IMG/VR virus record: IMGVR_UViG_3300002834_000024
Coordinates: 1 to 64,000 of that record
From: a virus
Taxonomy: Duplodnaviria > Heunggongvirae > Uroviricota > Caudoviricetes
DNA length: 64,000 nucleotides
Strand: one strand, 5' to 3'
Of this stretch, positions 28,094-36,240 are shown in pieces. Position numbers and translations under genes: made by a program. The notes beneath the pieces were generated by a model. That model did not search any database and had not been told where the DNA came from. It worked only from the letters and a program-made list of their open reading frames with translations. How positions within the stretch are numbered: position 1 is the first letter of the stretch; each line of letters begins with the position of its first letter.

Positions 28094-30037
28094 TTAATAA
28101 AATCCTTCTACAGAAACAACTCTACCACCATTTAAATGAACATTTATTCTATCTGATTTTAAATCAGCTGTAATGGGACAATTAATATCATCGTATTGAG
28201 TAACCCTAATGTCATTTGTTATTCCAAGATCATTGAATATATCATAACATTCGTCAATTGTCTTATTTAACATAATTTTTTCAAAATTTTTCACTCTTTT
28301 GTCTATTGTTTCAACAACAGCACTTTGTCTTGTTTGTTGTCCTATTGACTTATCTTCTGGTTCCATATTAACTTTTTTTAATGGTAATTTAAAAATTTTT
28401 GTTGGTTCTGATGGTTCATCATATTCAACTTCTTTGTTATATATTTGTTTTAAACAGCCACTTATAACCATTAAATGGGTTACAGTTTCATTTATATCCC
28501 TACTTCCTTGTGGAGGTGGAAAATCTTTTTCACAAATTGTTGAAAATTCATTTTTTGTTCTTGTATATATTACATAAAGTAAATTCTGTTCGGCTTCAAT
28601 TTCCCAATCTTTTTTTGCTAAACCACTTGGGACAAGAGATGGACATAACAGATATACATGTTCGTGTTCTAATCCTTTTGCTTTGTGTGCTGTAATTAAA
28701 CAAATACCATTTTCATCTTGTTTAGCTAAAAATATTTTTTTTATTCTTTGAATTAGTTCAAATGTATTGTTAATATCATTTGATAATGCTTTAATGGTGT
28801 TGATAATTTCCATTTGTTGTATGATACTTCTATCAGATGTTGCATCATATACATCCAATCCCCTTTTAACCATTAGCTTTTCTCTAGCTTCAAGTAAGTT
28901 TTTGTATAATATTGGAATTAACCCATCTTTTTTCATATCAAGTGAAATGTATGGGGTATTAATTCGTTCAATAATGTCAAGTAAATTACTTCCAATATCA
29001 ATTCCTTTAATATAACATTTGATATTACGTTGAATTAATTTCAAATACAACTCAACTAATGGGGCTGTATTTCTACAAATCACCATTGAGTTAGGTTTAA
29101 TGTCTTTTATTTTGGTATCAAATGTAATTTTACCATCTGGAGCATTTTCACGTAATTGAAATTGTGGAACAAATCTTTTTGCTAATGGTAAAACAACCTG
29201 TGGGCATCGGTAATTGATTGATAAATCTAATTTGCTTGTATTTGGTATCTTCAAGATTTTTTCAAATGCCTCATTGTCCGCCCCACTGAAGCACATGATT
29301 GCCTGTTTTCGATCACCAACAGCAACAAATCTACCATCTTTTTTGAGACAACGTTGAAATAATTGTTGCATTGCAATATTTTGGTCTTGACACTCATCTA
29401 AAAGTACCCAATCATATTTTAATGAATTTAAAATGAGATTAAAATAGTTGGGTAAACATATCATATCAGTGAAATCAACAAAATCAAGATTTTCTTTACC
29501 CCATTCAATCAAATGTTTAATTATTTTCACATGATCATTTGTAATCATGTATCCATATTTATCTGCAATTTTAGCAATATCATCAGATGTTTCACATAGA
29601 TAAACTCTACATATATCTATTAATGTAAGTATGGTATCTTTGAACTCATCCCTCTCACATGTTGAAGTAAATTCAATACCTTCACACAATTCACTAAAAT
29701 TTTTCTTGAAATATGTTCGATATTTGTATTCATCAACTTCAAGCCCTGGTATGACTGTTTGATATTTAAAGTGTGTCCGTAACATTAGATAACCAAGTGA
29801 ATGACTTGTCCTAATAGTTACATTACTTTGTTTGATTTTATCTTGTAATTCATTGACTGTTGATTTATTAAATGCAAGAAACATTATTCTCTTTTTTTCT
29901 GGAATAAACTTCAACGCATGTGTTATGGAAAATGATTTGCCGGAACCTGCGATTGCTTCAACAACCGCATTTCCCTTACCATTTGTTATCCAGTCAAACA
30001 ATTTTTCCTGATATGTACTATATTTTATTTCTGACAT
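28094..30037 (-). CDS. UvrD/PcrA-like superfamily 1 DNA helicase
   Basis: Walker A VVEAIAGSGKSFSITHAL, motif Ia TSHS, motif II VLLDECQDQN, and further UvrD-like blocks. 647 aa. Confidence 0.75.
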   Translation of the reverse strand: MSEIKYSTYQEKLFDWITNGKGNAVVEAIAGSGKSFSITHALKFIPEKKRIMFLAFNKSTVNELQDKIKQSNVTIRTSHSLGYLMLRTHFKYQTVIPGLEVDEYKYRTYFKKNFSELCEGIEFTSTCERDEFKDTILTLIDICRVYLCETSDDIAKIADKYGYMITNDHVKIIKHLIEWGKENLDFVDFTDMICLPNYFNLILNSLKYDWVLLDECQDQNIAMQQLFQRCLKKDGRFVAVGDRKQAIMCFSGADNEAFEKILKIPNTSKLDLSINYRCPQVVLPLAKRFVPQFQLRENAPDGKITFDTKIKDIKPNSMVICRNTAPLVELYLKLIQRNIKCYIKGIDIGSNLLDIIERINTPYISLDMKKDGLIPILYKNLLEAREKLMVKRGLDVYDATSDRSIIQQMEIINTIKALSNDINNTFELIQRIKKIFLAKQDENGICLITAHKAKGLEHEHVYLLCPSLVPSGLAKKDWEIEAEQNLLYVIYTRTKNEFSTICEKDFPPPQGSRDINETVTHLMVISGCLKQIYNKEVEYDEPSEPTKIFKLPLKKVNMEPEDKSIGQQTRQSAVVETIDKRVKNFEKIMLNKTIDECYDIFNDLGITNDIRVTQYDDINCPITADLKSDRINVHLNGGRVVSVEGFY

Positions 30038-30056
30038 CTTATCTTATTTTTAACAA

Positions 30057-30103
30057 CAAAGGTAATTATTTTTGTGGATAATTACCTTTACTGGATGTTA
30101 AAT
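30057..30103 (-). promoter_or_regulatory. conserved bipartite minus-strand promoter element (TTTAACATCCAG-N26-TAccTTTG) with internal 9-bp hairpin
   Basis: Plus strand shows CAAAGGTA at 30057-30064 and CTGGATGTTAAAT at 30091-30103. A hairpin GGTAATTAT ttttgtgg ATAATTACC (30061-30086) lies between the boxes. About 20 nt upstream of the UvrD-like helicase ATG. The stop codon of 30098-30601 lies inside the 13-mer. Confidence 0.6.
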
Positions 30104-30601
30104 TATTGTTTTTACCTTTGAATTAACTTCTTTAAGTTTATCTAATATGAGATATGGAAAAACATATTTAGTTTTTAACACATAAGGGTAGTAGTCTACT
30201 TCTATTTTATCTTCATTTTTTCCACTTAATCGAAGCCAAGTCAAACTTAATTTTTCAAACAACTGGTTTAATCGAACTGGCGTGCTTGCATTTTTATCGG
30301 TTTTATTTCGATAATTCCACCAGGCATCCCAATATTCCCTTTCACAATTTATTGCTGTATTTGGAACTATATCAATTACAAATTGTTTTCCAAATAATGT
30401 AATTGCTAATCGTGGAGGAAAATCATACCGTAAAAAATCATCTGGCCATTTAATACTATATCCTAAAGGACAATAATGAATACCCCATTTTATGTTATAT
30501 GGAGTTCCATAAATTGCATCGCCAAAATAAAATTGTAATTTTAATCCTTTGAATGGTGATTTTAATACAGTTAAATATTCTAATGATTCAAGTATTTTCA
30601 T
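30098..30601 (-). CDS. hypothetical protein, translationally coupled to the FKBP gene
   Basis: 167-aa ORF whose start overlaps the FKBP gene stop by 4 nt (ATGA). Confidence 0.45.
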   Translation of the reverse strand: MKILESLEYLTVLKSPFKGLKLQFYFGDAIYGTPYNIKWGIHYCPLGYSIKWPDDFLRYDFPPRLAITLFGKQFVIDIVPNTAINCEREYWDAWWNYRNKTDKNASTPVRLNQLFEKLSLTWLRLSGKNEDKIEVDYYPYVLKTKYVFPYLILDKLKEVNSKVKTII

Positions 30602-30936
30602 TTAATTTCTAATAATTCTACATCAAATGTTAAATCTTCATTTGGTCCAATTACATTACCAGCACCTCTTGTACCATAAGCCATAGCAGATGGTATGTTG
30701 AGTGTTCTTTTTCCCCCAACTTTCATTCCAACAATGCCAACATCCCAACCTCGTATTACTCTTTGAACTCCAATCATAGTTTCAAAAGGTTCGTTTCTTT
30801 TGTATGATGAATCAAATTCCTTACCATTGGATAATAATTTTCCTGAATAGTGCATTACGCATACATTACCAGGTTTCACTGTTTCACCTTCACCAACAAC
30901 AGTGTCAATAATTTGTAAATTGTTTAATTTTCCCAT
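30598..30936 (-). CDS. FKBP-type peptidyl-prolyl cis-trans isomerase
   Basis: VKPGNVCVMHYSGKLLSNGKEFDSS...MIGVQRVIRGWDVGIVGMKVGGKRTLNIPSAMAYG...LTFDVELLEI is the canonical FKBP domain. Confidence 0.8.
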   Translation of the reverse strand: MGKLNNLQIIDTVVGEGETVKPGNVCVMHYSGKLLSNGKEFDSSYKRNEPFETMIGVQRVIRGWDVGIVGMKVGGKRTLNIPSAMAYGTRGAGNVIGPNEDLTFDVELLEIK

Positions 30937-31004
30937 TTTAAAATATATTTATTCTTTCCAAAAATACAGATTAAAATATTTATATACAAATGTGATTAAT
31001 AAAC

Positions 31005-31775
31005 ATGGGAAAATTAAGTGAAATATTAAATAGTAGTATTCTAAAAGGGATTTTTAGTTTTGTTAAAAGTTATTGGAAAGAAATATTGGTAATTATATTA
31101 CTTCTAATATGTTTCTTATCAATTCGGAGTTGTAATGAAAATAAAAGAGAAATTGAAAGACAAGTACATAATGTTGCAGTATCATTAGATAGTGTTCGAT
31201 ATTACAAAGATAAGAATGGTGAGATGTATGGGGAAATGTTATCCTACATTGCTACCCAAAAAGAATTGGAAAAATTAAATTCTGAATTATTTGAAAATGT
31301 TAATGCCTTGAAGAAACAAATATTGGCAGGTGTCAATACTCTTATTGTTATACGTGATACAATTGAAGTTAGAGATACATTATATATAAACAATGAAGTT
31401 CCATTACAAAGTTTCTTAATTCCAATTAAAGATGACATTCTGTCAGCCAATCTTGGTTTAACATATAATAAAAATAATAATTTACCATTTTTAGAAATAA
31501 AACGTTTTGATTATACATTAGAGTTACCTGTTGAAGTATATTTTACAAAAGATTATTCTGTAATTTTAAAAACTGGTAAAGATAATGTAAGATTCAGTAA
31601 TGTTGCCTCATTTATTGATCCAGTTTTTTATAGACCACAAAAACCAAAACGATATGGTATAGGATTTAGTGGTGGAATTGGAGTTTCACCATATAATCTT
31701 GTTAATGGAAAATGGGGCGTATATGCTTTTCCATATGTTGGATTATCTTTTAATTATAACTTGATAAGTTTTTAA
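31005..31775 (+). CDS. hypothetical membrane-anchored protein
   Basis: 256 aa. N-terminal TM helix EILVIILLLICFLSI. TATTTAT motif upstream at 30976-30982. Confidence 0.4.
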   Translation: MGKLSEILNSSILKGIFSFVKSYWKEILVIILLLICFLSIRSCNENKREIERQVHNVAVSLDSVRYYKDKNGEMYGEMLSYIATQKELEKLNSELFENVNALKKQILAGVNTLIVIRDTIEVRDTLYINNEVPLQSFLIPIKDDILSANLGLTYNKNNNLPFLEIKRFDYTLELPVEVYFTKDYSVILKTGKDNVRFSNVASFIDPVFYRPQKPKRYGIGFSGGIGVSPYNLVNGKWGVYAFPYVGLSFNYNLISF

Positions 31776-31993
31776 TTAAAAAAATTAGGTGTTTCTTTTA
31801 ATATTCTTTCTACAATTGGTTTAACAATTCTTTTAATAGATTCATTGGCAAAATATCCTCTTAATCCAGCTTCTGCATCGGATTTGGAATCATATTCCGC
31901 ATCCCATAATTTACCAGTTTTACCAGAGCGAACTCTCCATTTATTTCCAACTTTTTCTATACAAGAACCATTACATTTATTTTCAGTTGTCAT
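31772..31993 (-). CDS. hypothetical small protein
   Basis: 73-aa ORF convergent with 31005-31775. Confidence 0.3.
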   Translation of the reverse strand: MTTENKCNGSCIEKVGNKWRVRSGKTGKLWDAEYDSKSDAEAGLRGYFANESIKRIVKPIVERILKETPNFFN

Positions 31994-32124
31994 GACAAAT
32001 AATAATTTATTATAAATACAATGTAATATAATTCCAATCAGGACAAAAATTTAATAAAAAATATGGGAAATATTTTCATATAACCCATATTTTCACATCA
32101 TTAAAAATTGAAATCAGGACACAA

Positions 32125-32439
32125 TCAGGACAAATTTTCTTGATTAAATTCTTCATCTACATAATCCAACGTAAATTCGACTGTTGGATTTTTATTTTCA
32201 ACAGCAACAACCCAATATATTTCATCTTCCTCATTTATATCTTTGATTGGTTCTGTTGCTCTCTCTGTACACATATAAATAGTCCAGTTTGGTAATACCA
32301 TAGGTGCGCCCCATTGTTCATTTATATGTGGAGGGTCATCACTAAAAATGACTTCCATGTTATTATCTGGGGTTTCAAACATTTGTTTGACTTGTTCTTT
32401 TGTTAATGGTTGCCCATTATATTGAAATTCATCTTTCAT
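32125..32439 (-). CDS. hypothetical protein
   Basis: 104-aa ORF downstream of the RNR gene. Confidence 0.4.
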   Translation of the reverse strand: MKDEFQYNGQPLTKEQVKQMFETPDNNMEVIFSDDPPHINEQWGAPMVLPNWTIYMCTERATEPIKDINEEDEIYWVVAVENKNPTVEFTLDYVDEEFNQENLS

Positions 32440-32454
32440 TTTATATAAATTTTA

Positions 32455-35091
32455 TTAGTTACAAGCTGAATATCCACATGTGCAGTGTTTACAACCATTT
32501 TCATTAATTAGTTTTAACCCACAATCTGGACATAATTCTTCTTTTAATTCGTTTTCTTTAACATATTTCATTAATATTCTTGCAGCTACCGATGAAAAAC
32601 TCGAAATGTCACCATCAAAACGTTTTATGGTATCTACAATGTATTGTTTTGGAGTACCTTGTCGCATCATCAATGATATATTAATTGATAATTGTTTTTC
32701 AGATATTGAATTGTGTTCCCCAAGATTAGGTATTTTTATAAATTCAGATTCAAAAGAATAAAGTCCGCTTTTAATTTTTATTCTTTTTCCACTATGATCC
32801 CCAATTTTTCTAAAAGGTACTTTTACATCTATATTATCTAATGTAGGTTTAAAACAAAACATTTCAACAGGAAAATCACATTTAGGGTGAATACCAACAA
32901 TGATTACATAAGTTTCGCCTTTATATTTTATTTTATAAAAATCCCCTTTAAGTTCTTTTGGAAGTTTTGGTACATGTCTTTCATAAAATTCTTTACAATC
33001 ATCATCCTTTTTATCAGTAATGAGTACCCCGCCTTTTGATCCATCTCTGTAGCAGGTTATACCTTTACAACCATTTCGATATGCACTATTATAAACATTT
33101 GCCATATCATCAACTGTTGCATTATTAGGCAAATTAACTGTACTACTTATTGAAGAACATGTGTATTTATTGATTAAACTTTGTGTTTTTGTTCTTACAT
33201 CAATGGGTAAATCATTTGCAATTTGTTGATAATAAGGTGAACATTCATATATTCGTTGCCAATCTTCTTCTTTACAATTTTCAACAAGTTTTTCATAAGT
33301 AAAATTACCCAATTCTAACCATTCACGTAATTTGTGATGAACAACATAATTTTCTTTGAATTTTTGACCATCAACATCAACAACATCATAAGGTTCATTA
33401 TCTTTAAAAACTTTAACACGTCTTTTGTAGAATGGGGCAAATAAAGGTTCTATTCCAGATGTTAATTGTGTTATTACACCAAGCGTTCCTGTGGGTGCAA
33501 TACAAGACCATGTAACGTTTCTTCTTCCATAAGCAATCATTCTCATAACTTGTGGCTGATAGTTAGTCACAAGGAAATTATACCAACTATTAGCAGGGTT
33601 TTTAAATTCACCAATATATTCTTTATTGGTATCATACAATCCAAAACTCCCCCGAATAATTGCCAAATCTATTGTTGCATCTAATTCAGCCTGTAATTTA
33701 ACTTTCATTAATTTTTCTGTAATTTCAAGATCGCCATAGGGTAATCCTAATGCAGCATACATATCACCCAATCCAAGAAATCCACAGCCAAGTTTTCTTC
33801 CTTGAATTAATTTTTGTTTAACTGTTAACCATGTTAAATATTCGTCATCAATATCTTTATCATTATTGATACAATCCAGTTTATATTGTTTGTTTGTGAT
33901 ATATGGGTTAACATCTGGTTCTATTTTTTGTAATATTTTATCTAATTGCTCTAACTCTAAATCAATATAATCATCACCAATACAAATGGCTTCATAAAAC
34001 ACTTGATATGCTTTTTCAAAATCAATTTCAGATACATATTTTTCTTCAAAATTATTATATTTGAATGGGTTTTTAACAAGATTATATAAATTAGATGCAA
34101 CTAATATACATGATTGTAATTCAGCTAATGGTAATTCGCCACAAAGGTTTGGGGATGATGGTTTTAGGTATGGATAAACTGTTGAACCATCATGTTCAAG
34201 CGAATAATCCCAAAATAAACAGCCAGGGTCCCCACAATCATGATTTGATATTAAAAATTCATTCCAAATATGTTTTGCTTTTACTTTCTTTACATATTTT
34301 TTTTCTGAATTGTTAATTTGTGTTAAAACATTATATTCAAGTTTTTCGGTATCTACATCTTTTACATCTAAATCAATAGGAAATCTTAAAATAAAATCTT
34401 TATTATCAGAAACAGCATCAAAAAATTCTTTTGAAAATTTTAAACTTATATTAGTATTTGTTAATGCAGTTTTATCTCGTTTTGCTTTTATAAATTGTAA
34501 TACATCAGGATGTTCAACATATAAAGATAAGAGTGTACCCGATTGTCTTCCAAGTTGCCCAATCTCTTGACTAATTGAATTATAAATTCTCATCCAAGAT
34601 AAAATTCCACCACTCTCTCTTGAAGCATTATGAACTGCTGCACCAGCTGGCCTTAAATAAGATACATCAACAGACGTACCACCACGTCTTTTAGCGATGT
34701 TTGCAATTTCTTTACCAGAATCAATGATTGAATTTATAGTATCTTTTGGGTCTGTATTCTTATAACAATTGGAATATGAACCGTTTTTATCAGTTCCAAT
34801 ACCTTCTAATCCAGATCCCCCAGAAATAATGTATTTAAAATTTTCTAAAAACTGATATAGATGGTTTTCCCAGTTACCAGCTCTATATCTATCTTTTCCA
34901 TATTCACTTAATTTTTCATAATCTTCTGGTTTAACAGAATATTTTTTTTCAATTCTCGCAAATTCATTTGTTAATCTTTTACAAACATCTTGTGGGGTTT
35001 CTTCTTTTTCGTAGGAATATTTTTTTAAAAACACACCTGCTGCCATGTCATCACCGTTAAAGAAGTCTAAAATCTTATTATACATATACAT
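32455..35091 (-). CDS. nrdJ: ribonucleotide reductase catalytic subunit, class II-like (B12-dependent type) with C-terminal zinc ribbon
   Basis: Active-site blocks SPNLCGELPL (N-x-C-x-E) and SCIAPTGTLG, plus loop RPAGAAVHNASRESGG. The C-terminus CPDCGLKLINENGCKHCTCGYSAC is a CxxC-x10-CxxC finger of the kind described for class II RNRs. No small (R2) subunit gene is visible in the window. The class call is inference from these motifs. Confidence 0.6.
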   Translation of the reverse strand: MYMYNKILDFFNGDDMAAGVFLKKYSYEKEETPQDVCKRLTNEFARIEKKYSVKPEDYEKLSEYGKDRYRAGNWENHLYQFLENFKYIISGGSGLEGIGTDKNGSYSNCYKNTDPKDTINSIIDSGKEIANIAKRRGGTSVDVSYLRPAGAAVHNASRESGGILSWMRIYNSISQEIGQLGRQSGTLLSLYVEHPDVLQFIKAKRDKTALTNTNISLKFSKEFFDAVSDNKDFILRFPIDLDVKDVDTEKLEYNVLTQINNSEKKYVKKVKAKHIWNEFLISNHDCGDPGCLFWDYSLEHDGSTVYPYLKPSSPNLCGELPLAELQSCILVASNLYNLVKNPFKYNNFEEKYVSEIDFEKAYQVFYEAICIGDDYIDLELEQLDKILQKIEPDVNPYITNKQYKLDCINNDKDIDDEYLTWLTVKQKLIQGRKLGCGFLGLGDMYAALGLPYGDLEITEKLMKVKLQAELDATIDLAIIRGSFGLYDTNKEYIGEFKNPANSWYNFLVTNYQPQVMRMIAYGRRNVTWSCIAPTGTLGVITQLTSGIEPLFAPFYKRRVKVFKDNEPYDVVDVDGQKFKENYVVHHKLREWLELGNFTYEKLVENCKEEDWQRIYECSPYYQQIANDLPIDVRTKTQSLINKYTCSSISSTVNLPNNATVDDMANVYNSAYRNGCKGITCYRDGSKGGVLITDKKDDDCKEFYERHVPKLPKELKGDFYKIKYKGETYVIIVGIHPKCDFPVEMFCFKPTLDNIDVKVPFRKIGDHSGKRIKIKSGLYSFESEFIKIPNLGEHNSISEKQLSINISLMMRQGTPKQYIVDTIKRFDGDISSFSSVAARILMKYVKENELKEELCPDCGLKLINENGCKHCTCGYSACN

Positions 35092-35178
35092 TTAAAATTA
35101 ATTATTCAATTATATTAGACATAACATTCCTATCTTATTCAATTATAAGAAAAAAATATAAATAATACAAATCTTGTA

Positions 35179-35589
35179 TTAAATAGATAAATTTTTAGAT
35201 AGGTTTCCAGTAGATAAGTCAGCATAACCATTCCACCAATCAATGATATTTTGTTTTAAAAACAATGTTCTTTTATCACTCTTGTTAATTTTGGATTTGA
35301 ACTCATCTTCCAAGCGATAAAATAGATCCATTGGGGTAATATTTGTAACAACTTCTTCTTTGTTATTCTTTCCCCTTGTCTTTACACCAACAACCTTTTT
35401 ATTGGTAAACTTTCCATCTGGTGATATTTCGGTTTGTACACCTACTTCGTAACCATTATTCAAAAATCTTTGAATGTCTTTTACTAAACTTATCTGTGTA
35501 TCTTCTTTGATAATCATTGGATTACCAAAGTTATATTCTGTAAGTTCAATAAACTTATTTAGTGTTTCTTTTAAAATATTTTCTTTCAT
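35179..35589 (-). CDS. hypothetical protein
   Basis: 136-aa ORF. Confidence 0.4.
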   Translation of the reverse strand: MKENILKETLNKFIELTEYNFGNPMIIKEDTQISLVKDIQRFLNNGYEVGVQTEISPDGKFTNKKVVGVKTRGKNNKEEVVTNITPMDLFYRLEDEFKSKINKSDKRTLFLKQNIIDWWNGYADLSTGNLSKNLSI

Positions 35590-35640
35590 AGTGTATATAA
35601 ATAATCGTTATTTTGGATTTTTTACATACATATTAGTTCC

Positions 35641-36231
35641 TCAAACAGATTCTTGGTCTAAACTATTATAATATTCAAGTTCCAACTTATGGGCTTTATC
35701 AAATACTTCTTGACCATACCATTCGATTAACTCGTCATCAGTAACATTGCCATTAATCATTTTAGAATAACAATCCATAACTTTATCTTTAAAAGCCATT
35801 TGTTCAATCTTTTTAATTTCATCCAATTGCCAGTATTTATTTCTAAATTTTTCTAATTCATCTAAATTAGTGTCTAACATTTTATCAAATGGATAAATTT
35901 TAATAAATTTATTAAAGGCTTTTCCTGATGATTTATGATCTTCTCTATTGAGATGTTCAATAAATGCCACATAATCATGTATAGGAACATTTTTATATAG
36001 GTATGTTGCACCTCTATTAAAAACAATTTTAACATCAACAGCCTTACCCATTAGTCCTTCAACTCCACTTTCATTCAAAGTAACAGACCTACCAGTCAAA
36101 TCAACTTCGGAATGATGAACGTTTGTGCTGTGAAACCAGCAATACTCTTTATTATCAACCTGTGTTTTATAAATTAACATAACTACTATTGTATTTTTGG
36201 TAAAAATGCTTATATTGTTTTTTATAAACAA
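35641..36231 (-). CDS. KTSC-domain-like protein
   Basis: The segment RSVTL..SGVEGLMGKAVDVKIVFNRGATYLYKNVPIHDYVAFIEHLNREDHKSSGKAFNKFIK resembles the KTSC fold pattern (L.V.F..G..Y.Y..VP...Y..F.....SKG..FN). Confidence 0.35.
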   Translation of the reverse strand: MFIKNNISIFTKNTIVVMLIYKTQVDNKEYCWFHSTNVHHSEVDLTGRSVTLNESGVEGLMGKAVDVKIVFNRGATYLYKNVPIHDYVAFIEHLNREDHKSSGKAFNKFIKIYPFDKMLDTNLDELEKFRNKYWQLDEIKKIEQMAFKDKVMDCYSKMINGNVTDDELIEWYGQEVFDKAHKLELEYYNSLDQESV

Positions 36232-36240
36232 ATATTTTTA

